Below the pieces are notes generated by a model that was not told the DNA's origin, searched no databases, and saw nothing but the letters and a program-made list of their open reading frames with translations. Below, piece after piece: positions 13,688 through 28,213 of a DNA stretch of 64,000 nucleotides; position 1 is the first letter of the stretch, and each line of letters begins with the position of its first letter. Location of the stretch: assembly GCA_051362555.1 (NCBI GenBank), contig CM120640.1, forward strand, positions 48,586,788-48,650,787, written 5' to 3'. The position numbers and the translations under genes were made by a program. Source of the stretch: Lingula anatina (lineage: Eukaryota; Animalia; Brachiopoda).

Positions 13688-14098
13688 AAATCATACCTTC
13701 AATGGATGTTGTTTGATTTGAAATCAGCCACGTATTTCTGTTTGCTGAATTAGGGAAATTTAATTGAAGAACTGATGTCACAGTGACACTGCAAGATATT
13801 AAAAGTTTTTTAAACACGATTTGAATCCTTGTTTTTAATAATCAGTCAGAAAAATAGGAAAAAATCGAAGAAAATGATTTGGAAAAAATATTTCACATGA
13901 AATGTCAAGTCTGTATATACAGTATATAAATAACACGTTGCATGTCTTAGTGACAGCAACACGATAACTTCAAGACTACCCCAGTATACTAGAACACAAT
14001 ACAGAATGCGATGCAGCATACGTCTCAATAAGGTGTTGCATTCAATTTATTAAATGGGGCATATTACAAGACATTACCTAACAGCGTCAGTGCATTAT

Positions 14099-14885
14099 AT
14101 ACTGCTCACAGAATTAAGGGAACACTTGCAAAAAGCAGACATTAAAGGAGACATTAAAATAGAACTCTTTCTGTTAAATTACATAAAACTCAAGAATAAT
14201 ATTTATCAACCGTCACTTCATTGAATCGTGCATTGTGTTTGGATTCATTTCAGTATCATTATGCAAATGAGTAAAAAGTGGAAAGAGATCAGAAATTAAA
14301 TTCACAGCTCTGTGAGTCTTTTCAGTATCATGTGTGTCCGCCTGTGGAAACCACACGTGCTTCACATCGCCTCTCCATCGAATAATTAATGTCTAACGAC
14401 ACTGCCGTGGAATGAAATTCCTTCTTGGATGAGACATTTAGCGAGCTTATTAAGAACCATTGGTAGGGGTGATTGCGCTGAAATCGTAGCGCTAAGTGTT
14501 TCAGTCAGGGCACATATCGGGCGAATAGGCAGACCAGCGCTTTCTGCAGACGGCCTTTGGCTGATAGAAATCTTTGACAAATGTTGCACAGTGAGGACAT
14601 GTCTTGTCATATTTTAAAATGTTCCATGGTCTGTTTACGGAAAAATAGCATTACCGGTTGTATCACGATTTCATTTTAGCAGTAAAATCCGGCGAGATTG
14701 GCATTAATAATGTAAATGGTGTGTTTTGGTGTAATAAAAACCCACCCATTACCAGTACACTGCCACTATCACACTTGTGCTCACTTAAGGTCGCGTCTAT
14801 CTGGACTTGCCTGTCATGGCCAGTACACACGAGTTCTGCCATTTTTGTTTTGGGTTTTAAAACTGAACTCAGTAAAAGCAACTAG
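14099..14885 (-). mobile_element. Second Tc1/mariner relic with its 3' terminal inverted repeat
   Basis: Minus-strand fragments SGSVLVMGGF, WSAYSPDMCP and C-terminal MERRCEARVVSTGGHT*Y* (Tc1 consensus end MRRRCQAVI.A.GGHTRY). Tc1-like TIR ta-tactgctcacagaattaagggaacactt at ~14098-14127. Confidence 0.8.
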
Positions 14886-16554
14886 TTAATGTAGAATGAA
14901 GACGTTGCCTTAGAATTGCTAATTTTTTATAACAGTAGGCATGGTTTAAACTTTTTCATATTAAATGGCGGGCGTTCTCTAACTTCTTCTGAGTTCTACC
15001 AACAACCCATTACAGTGGATCTCCAATAATCTCTGTTCATTGCAAATTGTTACCATTTTCGATTACCATGTGTGATCTCTGCTTTTTATTATCGTTACGA
15101 CACAGGAGCTGCATCATTTTTTCCTATTGGGGATTATGTTCCAGTATGTTCCGGGAGTGACTAGATATTATTGAAATAGTGGGTACATTACAATTTTGGT
15201 ACATATATATGGTAGACAGTGGTTTAAATGAATGTGGTAGACAACCATTACCTAACTTAAGTTGTTACACATGGTCTCCTTTCTTTAGCTTCCAAGCGTT
15301 TCCGCGGGTAGGTTTTATGAAAGAAACAATCGATATACAACAGAAAAAGAATTCAGAATATCAGGCTTTTGGGAGTGATTTTCGGTAATTGCATCTCCAT
15401 TCAAAGTAAGCCCCGTTTGGTAAGTTATTGACAAACACGTAATGTTTACATTTAGATAGATCCCTGAGCACAATGCTCGTATAGCGAATAGAATCCCTTT
15501 TCTTGAAAATGCCTATTTTGTGACAGATGTGATTATGTGACAGAAGCATGATATAATCATCATGGTACCTGATGTCTAACACAGTCATTAGTCATTACAG
15601 CACCACCATTGCATTTGTGTGAATTCAGAAACACATTTTGCAATGGTATGCAGTCTATTCTTATGTATGTGTAGGATAAATGAATTCTTAGCAAGTGAAA
15701 CTTATCAGCTCCCATGACACCCAAACCTCATGTAGACCTGAACAGACGTCCAGTTTTGTCAATATTTTTTATGTGGATAACGGCTATTACATTGCTTGAT
15801 CAAAATGAAATCGATGAGATAAGAGTAGAAAATTGCATAAAATAAAAAAAAAAAACACTATTTTATCAATAACTATTTTTGTTTAAATATAACTGACTTC
15901 AGACAATACTTGTACGTCCCATCTTGGCTTACTGTGAGGTGTAATAAGATGGTTCTAAAAATATTATTATTTATGCACGACATGTATAGCAGACAATCTG
16001 GATAATCCTGCAGCTTGGTAAAAAGAAAGATGAGACGAGAGAAGATGGCGAAAAAAATTATCAGAAAAACGGACTGATGCATCAATTTCATGATAGCATG
16101 CAATACAATGCAACAGACCCTAAAACCAGCTAACTTATGAGGTAATCAGCATTGAAGCCCAAGGAGATACCTTAATTTAGTTCTCGGGAACAGAAATACC
16201 GTTGAGATTCCCAATGTGCATAGATCTACATATCAAAGCTTTGTTTTGCAAGCCTATCAATATTTAACGGGATATAAACTGACCATCTCAATCGACGGAC
16301 GCGGCAGCGCTAGTAATGCATTTGAGCTGAACTTTTACTAGATGCCTTCGCAATCAGTGACTTCCTGCTGGCTTTTCGCAGAGAGATAGGGCCGGAATAC
16401 TCGCCGAGTCTATATTGCTACCAGCCACTGCCCACACAGATGGAGTTCAGCTACGCTGTCACTTCTTTGGGCGAGTCTCTAGTATTAACACACTGACAGC
16501 TTGCTAGCTCAGAAAGGCTATCATTTCACGGAATGTCACAACCTGTGATCACAA

Positions 16555-16670
16555 TCGGTGATTGGATTTTCTAGCTGGCATTTGATTGCACTTCTGCTAA
16601 CTAGATTGGCTCGTGCGGCGTATTTCAGTGGGAGGCGGGATGGTTAAGTTCTTGCTCTCTCACTATTTAG
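16555..16670 (+). promoter_or_regulatory. Candidate proximal promoter of the GPCR gene
   Basis: Two ATTGG (reverse CCAAT) boxes at ~16561 and ~16605 and a GC box gggaggcggga at ~16630, about 450 bp upstream of the ATG. Confidence 0.4.
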
Positions 16671-17100
16671 AAACATTCGGCTGATCTTCACTGAGAGACG
16701 GTCGACTTCTTTTGTCGTGAAAAGACTGTAACACACGGAAATAAGTTGCTACGCAGTCATGTCTCTTCCCTTGAATGCATCAGTGGACTTAGATATTCAT
16801 CACTCGGAGTATTTTCCAAGAGAGAAAGGTGTAATCACAAATACGGATGTACAGCATGGATACTAACAACTATAAATGACTCGATCGCGTTCGCGGGGCA
16901 AAACATAAATAATTGATTCGTATTAGAAAAGTAGGCGGATTTAAAACTATTACCTTAACCCGCATATGCTATAATGGATGTTGGAGTTAAATATCGGTAA
17001 TGCCTCCGGTCACAATACCAAGAGGAAGGCAGGCGTAAAACATTTCTCCAGTTAATCGTACGGTCTCATTTTGTTGTAGTTGACGCCTCCCTCCTCCGTT

Positions 17101-17959
17101 ATGAACTACGAATTATCTGACACTTGGGGATACATTCCTCTGAATTCAAGTGCTGGAGGAGATGAAGAGACAAGCGCAATGTCTGTCGATGAGTATCTGC
17201 TGCAGAAGATAGGGGAACCCAGAAGGAAAGAACTATACAAAGTAATACCAATGACTTTTGTTTATTGCGTTATTATGGTGACCGGCCTTGTGGGCAATAC
17301 TGCAACATGTGTGGTTATTTCTAAAAACAAGTTTATGCACACAGCTACGAACTATTATCTCTTCAATCTGGCCATGTCAGACATTTTGTTTTTGGTGTTG
17401 GGACTGCCAATCGAAATTTACGAATTCTGGCAAAAATATCCTTATGTTTTTGGAGAAACGTTTTGCCTTATCCGCACCCATACTTCGGAAGCCGCCACAT
17501 ACGCCTCCATTTTGACAATCACTGCGTTCACTGTGGAGCGGTACGTGGCTATTTGCCACCCAGTGCGCGCACAGACGGTATCCAACTTGTCCCGCGCTGT
17601 CAAGGTGATTGTTGTGATATGGATTGTATCTCTACTCTGTGCGATTCCAATGACAGTTCAGTTTGGAATCAAGTATGAAATCGACCCCGTCACCAATGTG
17701 TCCATTCCAGAATCTGCCATGTGTCAAATAGTCATAGACAAGCCGATCAATGAAGCTTTTGAAATATCGGCGTTTTTGTTTTTTGTTGCACCAATGAGCG
17801 TTATTTCTATATTATACGGTCTGATAGCCTTAGCTGTTCGGAGGTCGACATTATCTAGAGCGGGCTCCGATTCTTCGGCTTCCAGCGAAGAAGGGGTCGG
17901 AGTAACATTACGAGCTCAAAAACATGCCAAAGCCAGAACAGCTGTCCTCAAAATGTTAT
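17101..17959 (+). CDS. PRXamide-family neuropeptide GPCR (neuromedin U/pyrokinin/CAPA receptor-like), coding exon 1 (N-terminus to ICL3)
   Basis: MNYELSD...GLVGN (TM1), MHTATNYYLFNLAMSD (TM2), YPYVFGETFC, TITAFTVERYVAICHP (TM3), FLFFVAPMSVISILYGLI (TM5); ends AVLKML-t|gtaagt (phase 1). Confidence 0.93.
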
Positions 17960-17973
17960 GTAAGTTACCATGT

Positions 17974-17975
<2 letters not shown>

Positions 17976-18007
<32 letters not shown>

Positions 18008-18030
18008 CACACACACACACACACACACAC
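17976..18030. repeat. Compound (CT)n(CA)n microsatellite just inside the GPCR intron
   Basis: Direct reading. Confidence 0.95.
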
Positions 18031-21000
18031 TTTCAGCCCCTTATTTCATTCATTAACAATGGCAAATGACTTTTTTACTTATTGAAAGATAAACCGGTAT
18101 ATACTGTTAGAAAGGTTTGCCATGTCTTGCGTTGCGTTTCTTGCAAGCCTGTTAGTCTGTATGATATATAATACAAACTAAGCTTATTTATTGAATTGGA
18201 AGAAACAAATAAGGAAGAACGTAACTAATCACGTCTTTTGACTGCTGAACATTATTGATCTTCAATATTCTCCCCTTCATGTCACTTGAAATACAGCTTG
18301 AACCAAAGTATCCGATGAAGATTCCTTTATAGTGGACCACTAATTGCTTAGATGATCTCCAGAGGAATAAGTCAGCCAGAAACTTTTCATTGCAACCACG
18401 CATTTCTTTATATCTCTCTGTCAAAATCAATTTTTCTCTCATTCTGGCTTCACTTCCATCAAAATGAATTTCCTATCCAAAGCAATGGTAAATGAAATGC
18501 CGAGGGCGAGCAACACCGGCCGCACTAATTGAGTAATTAACCGTGACAACTCGATACGTCGTAACCTCGGCCTGTCTTAGCCACACGGGATTTACCTAGC
18601 ATTTAAATGGTTTGAACTGAAACCTCAGTTGGGATTACACCATAATAAGAAGGTGTGGCACAGGCTATAGCTATAATGATCATATAGAACAATTTACTGT
18701 ATACCAGAGAAAGACTCGTTTACATTTTGTATTATAATTTGTGCCAATGCAATTGCGAACCAGATTATACGACTATGTACAATAATCAAGCCTTTATTGA
18801 GCCCTATAGGAAAGACTCTTTTTTGATTGTTGAAACAGCTGTTGTCACCGACCTCCCTCAACCAGTTGTCTTAACAGTCTGGCCCCAACAAGGATCGAAA
18901 CCATGATTGCTCCATTTGACTTCATGTAAACCCACCTTGTACATTATCGGAATTATCATGCTAAATGCACAGGGAAGTGCTCATTACGTGGCGTGTTTCT
19001 CAATCATTCTGTTCTACTTTATGGATGTTTCAAACATGTAATCTCCATAATTTCTTGAGAAGCATTCTAATCCTAATCTGTAAACATGATAATCACATTT
19101 ATGCAATGTAGGAGCGCGCTTCCCTTTGGTCTTAAAATAGCTAAGATGCCGAATAAGCAGCTTTCTAATTTATCCCTCTTCTGATGAAGTTGAATTGATA
19201 ATCGATCAACGCCACTTGCATTTCATTCAAAAACACAACTACATCAAATTTTGGAAATAATGTTTTACCGTGAAAATAACCCAAGTCACCACTTACTGTA
19301 TCGTTTCGTGGATGAGAATATAACATTATATACTCGACTTGGTAACATAAGAAACATGATGCAGCAAGGTGCCGTCTCTCAATAGTCGACTCCTGCGGTA
19401 TGGAATCACCGTTCCGCGGAAGTCATCCCGCTGAGCAGGTGCAGTTTCGGCTGAAGGATCACTTCCTAACTTCTCTGCTTGAACGATCAAGCACATAAAT
19501 GGTGATGGTTTACATAATTATTTACAAGTCAGAGGGATAAGAACTCTTCATATGAGATTCTAAATTCCACATTAAATACATTGTAAATAATTCTATATCC
19601 CAACAAAATCCGTTTTATGGCACTTTTCCCTCCAAAATGAAGAGTTGTCCCTTTTATCTATATTCTTCGTTATACATATATTTGTGGGAAGTTCCATGGC
19701 GTAAAGAATGTATTTTTATTAAAGTTTAGTATTGCAAGAAAGTTATAAGTCTATAGTCATGCGCCATCTTCTTCTATGAAGGTTTTTTTTTGTTGAACAA
19801 TTCAGTCAAACCTGATAACGTCATCTGCACACATATCGCCGTCTCTCAGGTAGAGCACAATGAAAGTGACATTTATCTGTCAGTCTGTATCCAAAACCAG
19901 CAATGCAGTATGTCTATTTATCGAATAGAATGGTAAATTAACTTACATCAATTTCGTTTTGTTTTCATCTGAGGTTTATTGCTTTTTGTCCCTGGTATAG
20001 GCCCCTAATAGGGATACGATAACTGACACCTACGCTAATCCCTCCAATTACAGCACTGATTTAAATTTCCAAGAGTGCTTTGTCGTTATTAGACATGACA
20101 TAAATTACCAGATATTCTCTCTAGCATTTGATGTTCCACATCTAAAATACCGTTTTCGTTTTGTTTACGGTGATACAAACACTGATTGAATGTTTGACGA
20201 TAACCAGGTTACTCTCATTCCACTGTTAGCTATGGTTCAATAATCTCGGGAGTGACAATAAACACCTTTTGGAAAATGTTGAACAAGCGATGCGATACAA
20301 CAGATACTTGCTGATGTGCTACAAAGAAAATCGATTAGTAGTTAACTAAATTAACCATACAAAAATGTCCTGAAAGTTTGTTTATTCTCACATATAGTAC
20401 TGGGTTAAAGTTCCGTGTGGTATCGGTACTAAGATGGGGTGGATCAAAACGTCACGAACATAAACCTTCCATGCCTAAACAATTGCCTTTGTTTATTTAT
20501 CGAAATTTCCTTATACTGCATAACATTTCTTCTAGTACATAAAAGTTATCTCTATAGCTAAAGTAACATCGACCTTAAATCATATTCCAAAAAGCACACA
20601 AAGCCGTATATAAATGTTTTGTAGTTTCACCTATTGGAAAGATGATTAATCGGTCTCCTTCAGTCTTGCCTAGCTACTACTGTCAGTCTTACTTTATGTA
20701 TCAATACATCAGAGAAAAATTTGAGCAACTGTGTTATGCACTAGGTATAAAGCGGTATTTTTGTGTTATAAAAACAGCAATAATAATAATGTTGTATAGT
20801 TGATAGCTTACATGTGCACCTTCACTAATTGCAAGTAATAATTAAAAAAGGAATCAAAAATCTGAAAATAATAGGAAGTTATTGAGTGAAGGTGTAAGAG
20901 TTGAACAAGTGTAGAAATTGTTTTAGTGTTTGGAAAAGATAGAACATGTCAAAGTCACATTTAGTTTGATTTGATTAGTTAATTTCACAGAAGAGTTGTA

Positions 21001-22695
21001 AGTTTCTACCAAGTGCATAACACATGCTAACTGGTTTTTTGATATGATCCAAGTTTCAGTAACTCGAATAATATTTAAGATTTTCTTAATTTAGTAATTT
21101 AGAAATTACTTAACAAGAAAATATTGAATGGTAGAATGCAACATGAGAATGGAAAATCACTGCACTACCTAATCACGCAAAATACATTGGAACGAAAGTA
21201 AATACGTGATAGTACGGAGAAACAGAGTATAAATAAATAAGTGAATAAACGTTTGAAAGCTCAAACTCGTCGTCGTCGTCATAAGTAGTAGAAGATAAAG
21301 GCAAATAATAATAATAATAATAATAATAAACATTTTCAATATTACTTATTGATTAAAGACAAATTCCGATTTATTCTTCTATCAGTACTTGTCTTGATCG
21401 ATCTTTATCAGGAAGCCTTTACAAAACTTGGTCATCTTATTAGCACTCACTGCGGCTATGGCCACATTACTTTTCTTTACTAGATAGGTCTGCTGTGGCT
21501 TTATAAATCAATCAGGATACTTTACCTACGGTCAGGATTAAAAGAAAAATTACAAAAACAACTTTTTAACATATGCCTGTATAGCCGTAATGATAAGGTA
21601 TGTTGTCCGATTATGCTGTAAAATGTAATAATCAGCTGGATAGAGGCTACATTAGGCTGGGCGAAGGAAAACAATGAATTTTGACATGGCACTTTTGGAC
21701 CAGCATCACTGCACTGAATACCATACAGATGTTATGAAAGCAACCGATTCAAATCCGTCGTATATCATTAGCAATGTCATGAAGTACGGTTTAGCATCAA
21801 ATAATATTGTATGTTGAAATGTAGGTGCTTTTTTTCTTTTTGAAAAATTAAACTGCTGTGTTGGGGACGTTTCTTTTTAAAAAATTTTTAACGTGATGTA
21901 TTAAATTTGTTAGTTTTCTTGGCTATCTAACTTGCGTGTTTACAAGCTTGACAGGCCGGATTATGTGTACTCTGCACGGCCTGTATACCTACCTATAACG
22001 TTTGTCGCCTCATTAGCTCGACCATGAAGGGTCAATTATCCATACTAAGCTATTATTTCTGCTGTATCTTGGTGTGCTACTTGCACGAATGCAGTTTGAC
22101 CTCGAATGTATAGTGTATGTGTTCGTTAAGGTGAGCTTCATATTCCCAGTGGAGAAAAGGAACACGTGTCCTCTCCCATTAATATCTCTGAAAATCCAAA
22201 TATTCATTCAGCAAAAGCCTGGATCCACCGTGAATGGTCATCACTCAGCCTGAACAACTTTTACCAGCAACGATTACTTGCAGTTAAGATAACAGATATG
22301 TCATTCATATCGATTTCACGTTGGTTTTATTCTAATAGAAGCTGGGTTTGACCGAACATGATAATCATATGTTTCTGTTTCCCATATGAATGTACGTTAT
22401 ATATATATATATTACAGTCCCACGTTTGCCATGCAATTCTCTGTGTAGGCTTGTCTTAGGTTTTAATTGTGCTTGGTTTAGAATCCAGATATGGCGTTTA
22501 TCGTTTTACGGTTAATCTGGAATTGTAACTTTCTATCGATTTATTCCACGAGGGCTATCGTTCTCACAGCCATATCAAGGTATCTGAACGGTTGTATTCA
22601 AAGTACATGTAGGCCACAATATTCCGATTCAGTAACACTATATATATATATATAATTGAATCATATATTCATATATAGTGAATTTTGTTGTTCAT

Positions 22696-22700
<5 letters not shown>

Positions 22701-22764
<64 letters not shown>
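22701..22764. repeat. (TA)n microsatellite
   Basis: Direct reading. Confidence 0.95.
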
Positions 22765-22766
<2 letters not shown>

Positions 22767-25700
22767 TGTCCACCTTTCGTAATTGATACTCGTGTTTGGA
22801 CGTAAGTTATTGTACATACCAGTGTTATGGATAGGAAAAAATAAATCACGCTTAGCTTGGTAATTACCTGACCTGTTTGACTACCAGCACATGTAGTTAA
22901 AATATCTGTGTTGCATTTATACTCGAACTGACACACCCATAACAGCCCCATGGTGAAACCCTGCAGTGTTATTTCCTACGACTCTCAACTACTTGACTAT
23001 AAGTAGATGGATATGCATTTACAGTTGCAATCGAGTTGCCACTCCTGTAAGCTTCATAGTGAGACCGTGAAATGTTATTTCCTGCGATCAATTGTTATGC
23101 AGAGTTAAGTTTTCCAAAACATTTTTCTTTGATTTCTTGCATTTTTTTTTTTTTTTTTGGGGGGGGGGGGGCATTACTATATGTTTTGGAACATTCTGGC
23201 GCAGAGCAACAATGTTATGCCACACTGATATGCTCAGGTCAAACCCCATAAAACTGACTTCTTGTACATACAGTTTTCTGTGCAGGAATTGCCGAAATGT
23301 GAAGGCATTATCTGCAGAAACATGCTTTTCATAGTCATACATGTACGACGACCAGCCCAAAGTGAAAAAACCAATAAAACTTCACATATTACGCAATGCA
23401 GTGGTGCTACCGACAAGGCACCGGGTACATGAAGTGGGGTGATCTTAACAAACATACCTGACAGCACATCCTTCTATTCACATTCCTCATAAGAGATATA
23501 TGCTTTTAGAAACAATATGCATTTTCCTAGACAAGTCATTCAAACTGAAATATCCTATATTGAATGTCAACTCTGTAAAAAAAGGTGATATGGCTAGCAG
23601 AGCAAATCAGCTGCGTTGTTCTTTATCAACCATGAACATTTCTCAGTACTGACAACGTTCACTATTAATTGCATATAAAATATAAGAGCCTTCCTTTAAA
23701 CTGTCAGAGAATTCGGGCAAAAGTTCAAATACATTCCTTAAGGTGGTGAAAAGCAATGGTTTTTATAACTATGCCTCACAGTATTACGTTACTATGTAAT
23801 CCTCGGGCTACTGATGTTCCGGTCTTAATGTAATATCTTCACTTGGTGGAGCGAAGCACATCTATTCTGCCAACATTGGTTGAACGTGTGGAAACATTGG
23901 TTAACCATATGCCAACAGCAAGTTGGGCCATTGTTAATGTGTTATCCAATTATACGTGACAACGCAATTGATCTTAATGTTTTGTAGAAATCTAAATATC
24001 AATAATACATAGTGTATTTGATACAACTAGCTTGCTTTTCCAATCTCTCTTTTATGTATGGTTTGCATCAATTATTTGACGTATGGGGTAAATGTTTTGT
24101 GATTTTCTATTTTGCGATCTTCCTGTCATGCAATACTCTTTTACTCAGTGTGTGTTGAAGTAAGATTCACTGGGATATATATATATATATATATATTATT
24201 GTCTTGTCACTTCTTAGCTTGCACTGCGTCTGCCCATGTACATTTGAAATTTATTTCGCACACTTTCAGTCTTCTCTCCAAGTTTTTCTGACTAGCTTCT
24301 TGCAAATTATTTTTTGGAGGGGGCTACACCAACTGCTTATTTGAACCCGTCTTTCTGAAAGTAACCTGTCCCAGTGTCCGCCAAAGTTCAATATATTCTA
24401 TACAGGTATGCTGCATAATTTTTAACAGAGATATTTATAACATACATACATTAATATGCTATCAAAAAGCTATTTAAAAATACTTTATTACTCTGTCGTT
24501 TTACATGAAAATTTGCGTCATGTATCTGCACAGCATCTATCAGCTAAGCCAAGTGGTAAATTACATTCTCACAGTACTCTTTGAGAGTGTATACAGTTCA
24601 ACTGTCAAGTCATACTGGAGATCACAGATAATACTTGATTGACTGCGTGCGATTCAGAAATTTCTTTTTCGATTGATTTCATAGGCGTAGAGAAATATGA
24701 AGCTAGTCTTGCAACTTGTTGTGGGCAATGCCAATGCATGAAATCTGATAGTGGTTAGCAATTCATAATGACATTTGCTACACTGAGCAGGAAGTGGATT
24801 TATGTAATTTCAAGGAATTTTGAGCAAAGCGCCGTTTCTGAGAAAGGCTAATGGGATACTCCTGGCACTTGACCAACTGAGTGGTCTATTTTGGTAGTGC
24901 ATGTTTGTAACCTTAGTAGATTTGCGTGTTTACTCCTGCGTTATACTCCACTGAACATGATTGATTACACTAATATGCCATCATTCATACATGTAACTTC
25001 AGAATCTTGGAGAGCTGAGCTGTGAAACTTTCAAAAAGGTTAAGGGGGTTGCAAACATTGAAAAGATCTGCAGTTAATTAAACGCTGCACTTTGCAATGT
25101 GATAATGAAATTATTTTGAAGTGACCGCTGATAAAATACCATTATAACACCCTCAGGATGCATGTACACAGGAAACAAGCCCTAGGAAAGCACGGATACA
25201 GAATCTGCTCCATCGATAAAGTCCAGAAATGACAAGCCAAAAACGATATCTTGGGCCATCTTTACATCCTCTCCATTTTATGCTTTCAGATAATTTTTAT
25301 TAGTCCCGTATAAATCACGTTGACGACTGAGATGAGTTTAATTTCCACCACTGACAAGCATGAGGTGATCGTTCGGGAACTGGAAGGTGAAGGACTAAAG
25401 GTCACTTTCTTCGTCGTTTGTCTCTTCTTTGTCTGTATATTATCTAATGATACTTTTCATGGTGCATTTCATTTTCTTACACCAGAATAGGTCCAATTCG
25501 TTACCCCCTGTTGTTGTTTTCCTCTGAACTGCGTTCTCTGAAAAGAGATTTTTAACAGTTCAAATGCTAGGTTTCTTATGTTCTAAGATGGATAAAGGGA
25601 AGTCCTTAAACAGCATGTTATGTGATTTCCTTCTTAAGATTCGAGTATATGTAGTCTGTCAGATGCGAATCGGTATGGGTATCATATCTAGAGGAAATCA

Positions 25701-28213
25701 ATTGTATTGAAGATTTATATCGTCGTAAAAATCGATTGTCTTTAAGTAAAAGTGATGTTTGCATGCCACCCGAGCTTTATAAATGATTTGGTCTTAATAT
25801 TAAAATCTAAATCCATTATCGATAAAAAATTATTAGAAGAGCATTTATTTTTATCATTAATATTCCAGTCTACACATTTTTATGGCGTTTTCACAAATAT
25901 TCTTTAACATCCTGTTTATCACTGTATCGTGATCAAAACTCAAAAATAAGCTATAGATATACGCTCTAGATAATGACAGCTTTCTTATTAACTTTCCCAA
26001 AGATGATTGCAGTTACAAACATCTTGCATCCTCACTCTGCGTAAAAAGTTTCGAGAAAGAGCCTTTATTGTATTATTTCAGAAGATGTAATAGGCCTATG
26101 GGATATTAATTAAGGTAATCTAAAAAGACAAAAGAAAGATATTAGCGAAAACACCATGTAAGAACCCTTTAGCCACGCACTTTTCTGATCTTATCGGAAC
26201 TAATTGACTCTATGAGCCCTTCTTCCCAGCAAATCTGCAATGAACACCAATCATGCTTTATTATTCATGGTAAATGAATGAAGGGAAAGTGAAGTTAGGC
26301 AGATAGGTATTTCGAATAGAACATTCTGTCTGATGAATGATAAAATAACATATCTTATGATACCGTCCTTTTCTCTGAATCGTCTGGAAAGTATTGCTAA
26401 AAATGGTGTTTAGATATTGTATAGGGGTGTCTGTGTTGTAGCATACCCAAGGGTCCCAGGTAATAAGACAAAGACCTTTAAACAGGATGTAAGAAATTGG
26501 TTAGCTTAAGTTCACTTTTTATTTGATTGGGTTGTTGAACTTAATTTTCCCACTTCGATTGTATGTAGACTGTTTTATCCCACTTTTGGTTAAAGGTTAA
26601 AGGATACCATTTAAGTCTTGTAACGACGTCTTTATGCATAGTTATGGCGTCAGTCGTTACCCATCAAAATAATCATTTGAGTCCAGTGTCTTTCCTTTTA
26701 TCCACAGTATTGGTCACTATCGATGTCTTTATAAGCAGTCAGCGTTCGAAAGATCAAAATTCACTTGACAATATAAATGCGACTGTTTTTGCAAATCGAC
26801 AAGAAAAATCGTATATTTTATACTTTGCCTGATATTCAAGAACTCCGTCTGTCATTTTCCAAGTCAAATTTCTAATCAAATCTAATTATCTACTCAAAAT
26901 TGCCCCAGAAAACGGATGTGTAATACAGAAATCAAAATTACTACTTACTTTTTCATCATAATCTACATGAACGTTGAATTTGTCCTGCCCTCTCTCCCCT
27001 TAAATGTCGAGGGATTATTAGAAATAGCAAGTACTTAGATGAAAGCGAATGTGACCTTTCTAAACAGAAAAATGAGATTGGCCTTGCATTTTAATATCAC
27101 CGCCCCCCCCCCCCCCCCCATAACGGCACGTTTCAGTTACACGCATACGCCATTAAAAAAAAGCTGAAGAAGAAAAAAGAAAGTGAAATTGTAAAACGTA
27201 AAACTGGAAGTATTTGTTGTGACAGATAATGATAACTGATGGCCATTGCATCTTGATGTCGCAGAGGGAGCAAGTAATAACAAGGCCAGATATGCAGCAC
27301 ATTGGGGGCACTGACTCCGAACACTGGTGGAGGTGACGTGATACATACAATGTAGTTTATGATATAGCAGTTCTGTGCACTTATATCCACAATAGCTGCT
27401 ATTTTGAACAATCTCACACTTGGCGTTAGACAGTTATTGAATTTGAATTCCGTCTAGGCAAGTCTAAGCAGGATATCAATTGCAATCTCGACCAGGTGAA
27501 ATCCCAGTTGTCATCTCGCTTCTAGGCGGCTTTCCAGTCTGCCATGGTTTTAATCTCGATCGTGGCATATATAATTATCATCAATTTAATATTTCGCTTT
27601 AGATTTACTTCAAGATTCTTGATTTTTAACATGTGACAGAAAAGAGTGAAGATAATGTAAATGAATGTATAATTTTGCATGTGTAAGGAAATGATTATTG
27701 ATCGACTTTTTTTTAAGAAAACAAAAAAAAAAAAAATAAAAATAAATAAATAAATAAATTAATAAAAAATATTGTGTGTTACTGAGGTCCAAAGTGTTAA
27801 TTTCTCTGGTGCCTCAACAATATCATTCTGATTGCTAGTGTGAATGTTTTAGAACTGTTTATCCAAACTTCACTCATTTGTATGTATATTCATTAATATA
27901 TCTTTTTATCTAAAAGTGAAAAAAATCAGTCTTTCCATAAATTCTACTCTAAAATGAAGTTCAATGTGAGAAAGCGATATTAAAGTTACTTTTCCTTCCT
28001 CCTGCTAAAAATAAATGAATAAATAAATTAATTAATGAAAATAAATAAATAAAATACTAGAATGAGAGTTAAAGTGTGGTCTTACTCGTTTTCTCTGAAA
28101 CAGACATATGTAATATATTTATAGTACGTTAATCTCTGAACTTTAATTTAAGGATACTGTACATAAATCTTATTCGTTATGCTTCAAATTAAATGTATTT
28201 CCTTTACTTTTAG

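Noticed and set aside
17960-18069. C-terminal part of ORF 17080-18069 (CKLPCNSLSLSL..THTHT)
   Set aside because: Read-through into the intron microsatellite; the exon ends at the gtaagt donor at 17960.
18188-18442. 84-aa antisense ORF in the GPCR intron
   Set aside because: No recognisable domain; possibly a decayed repeat, but unsupported.
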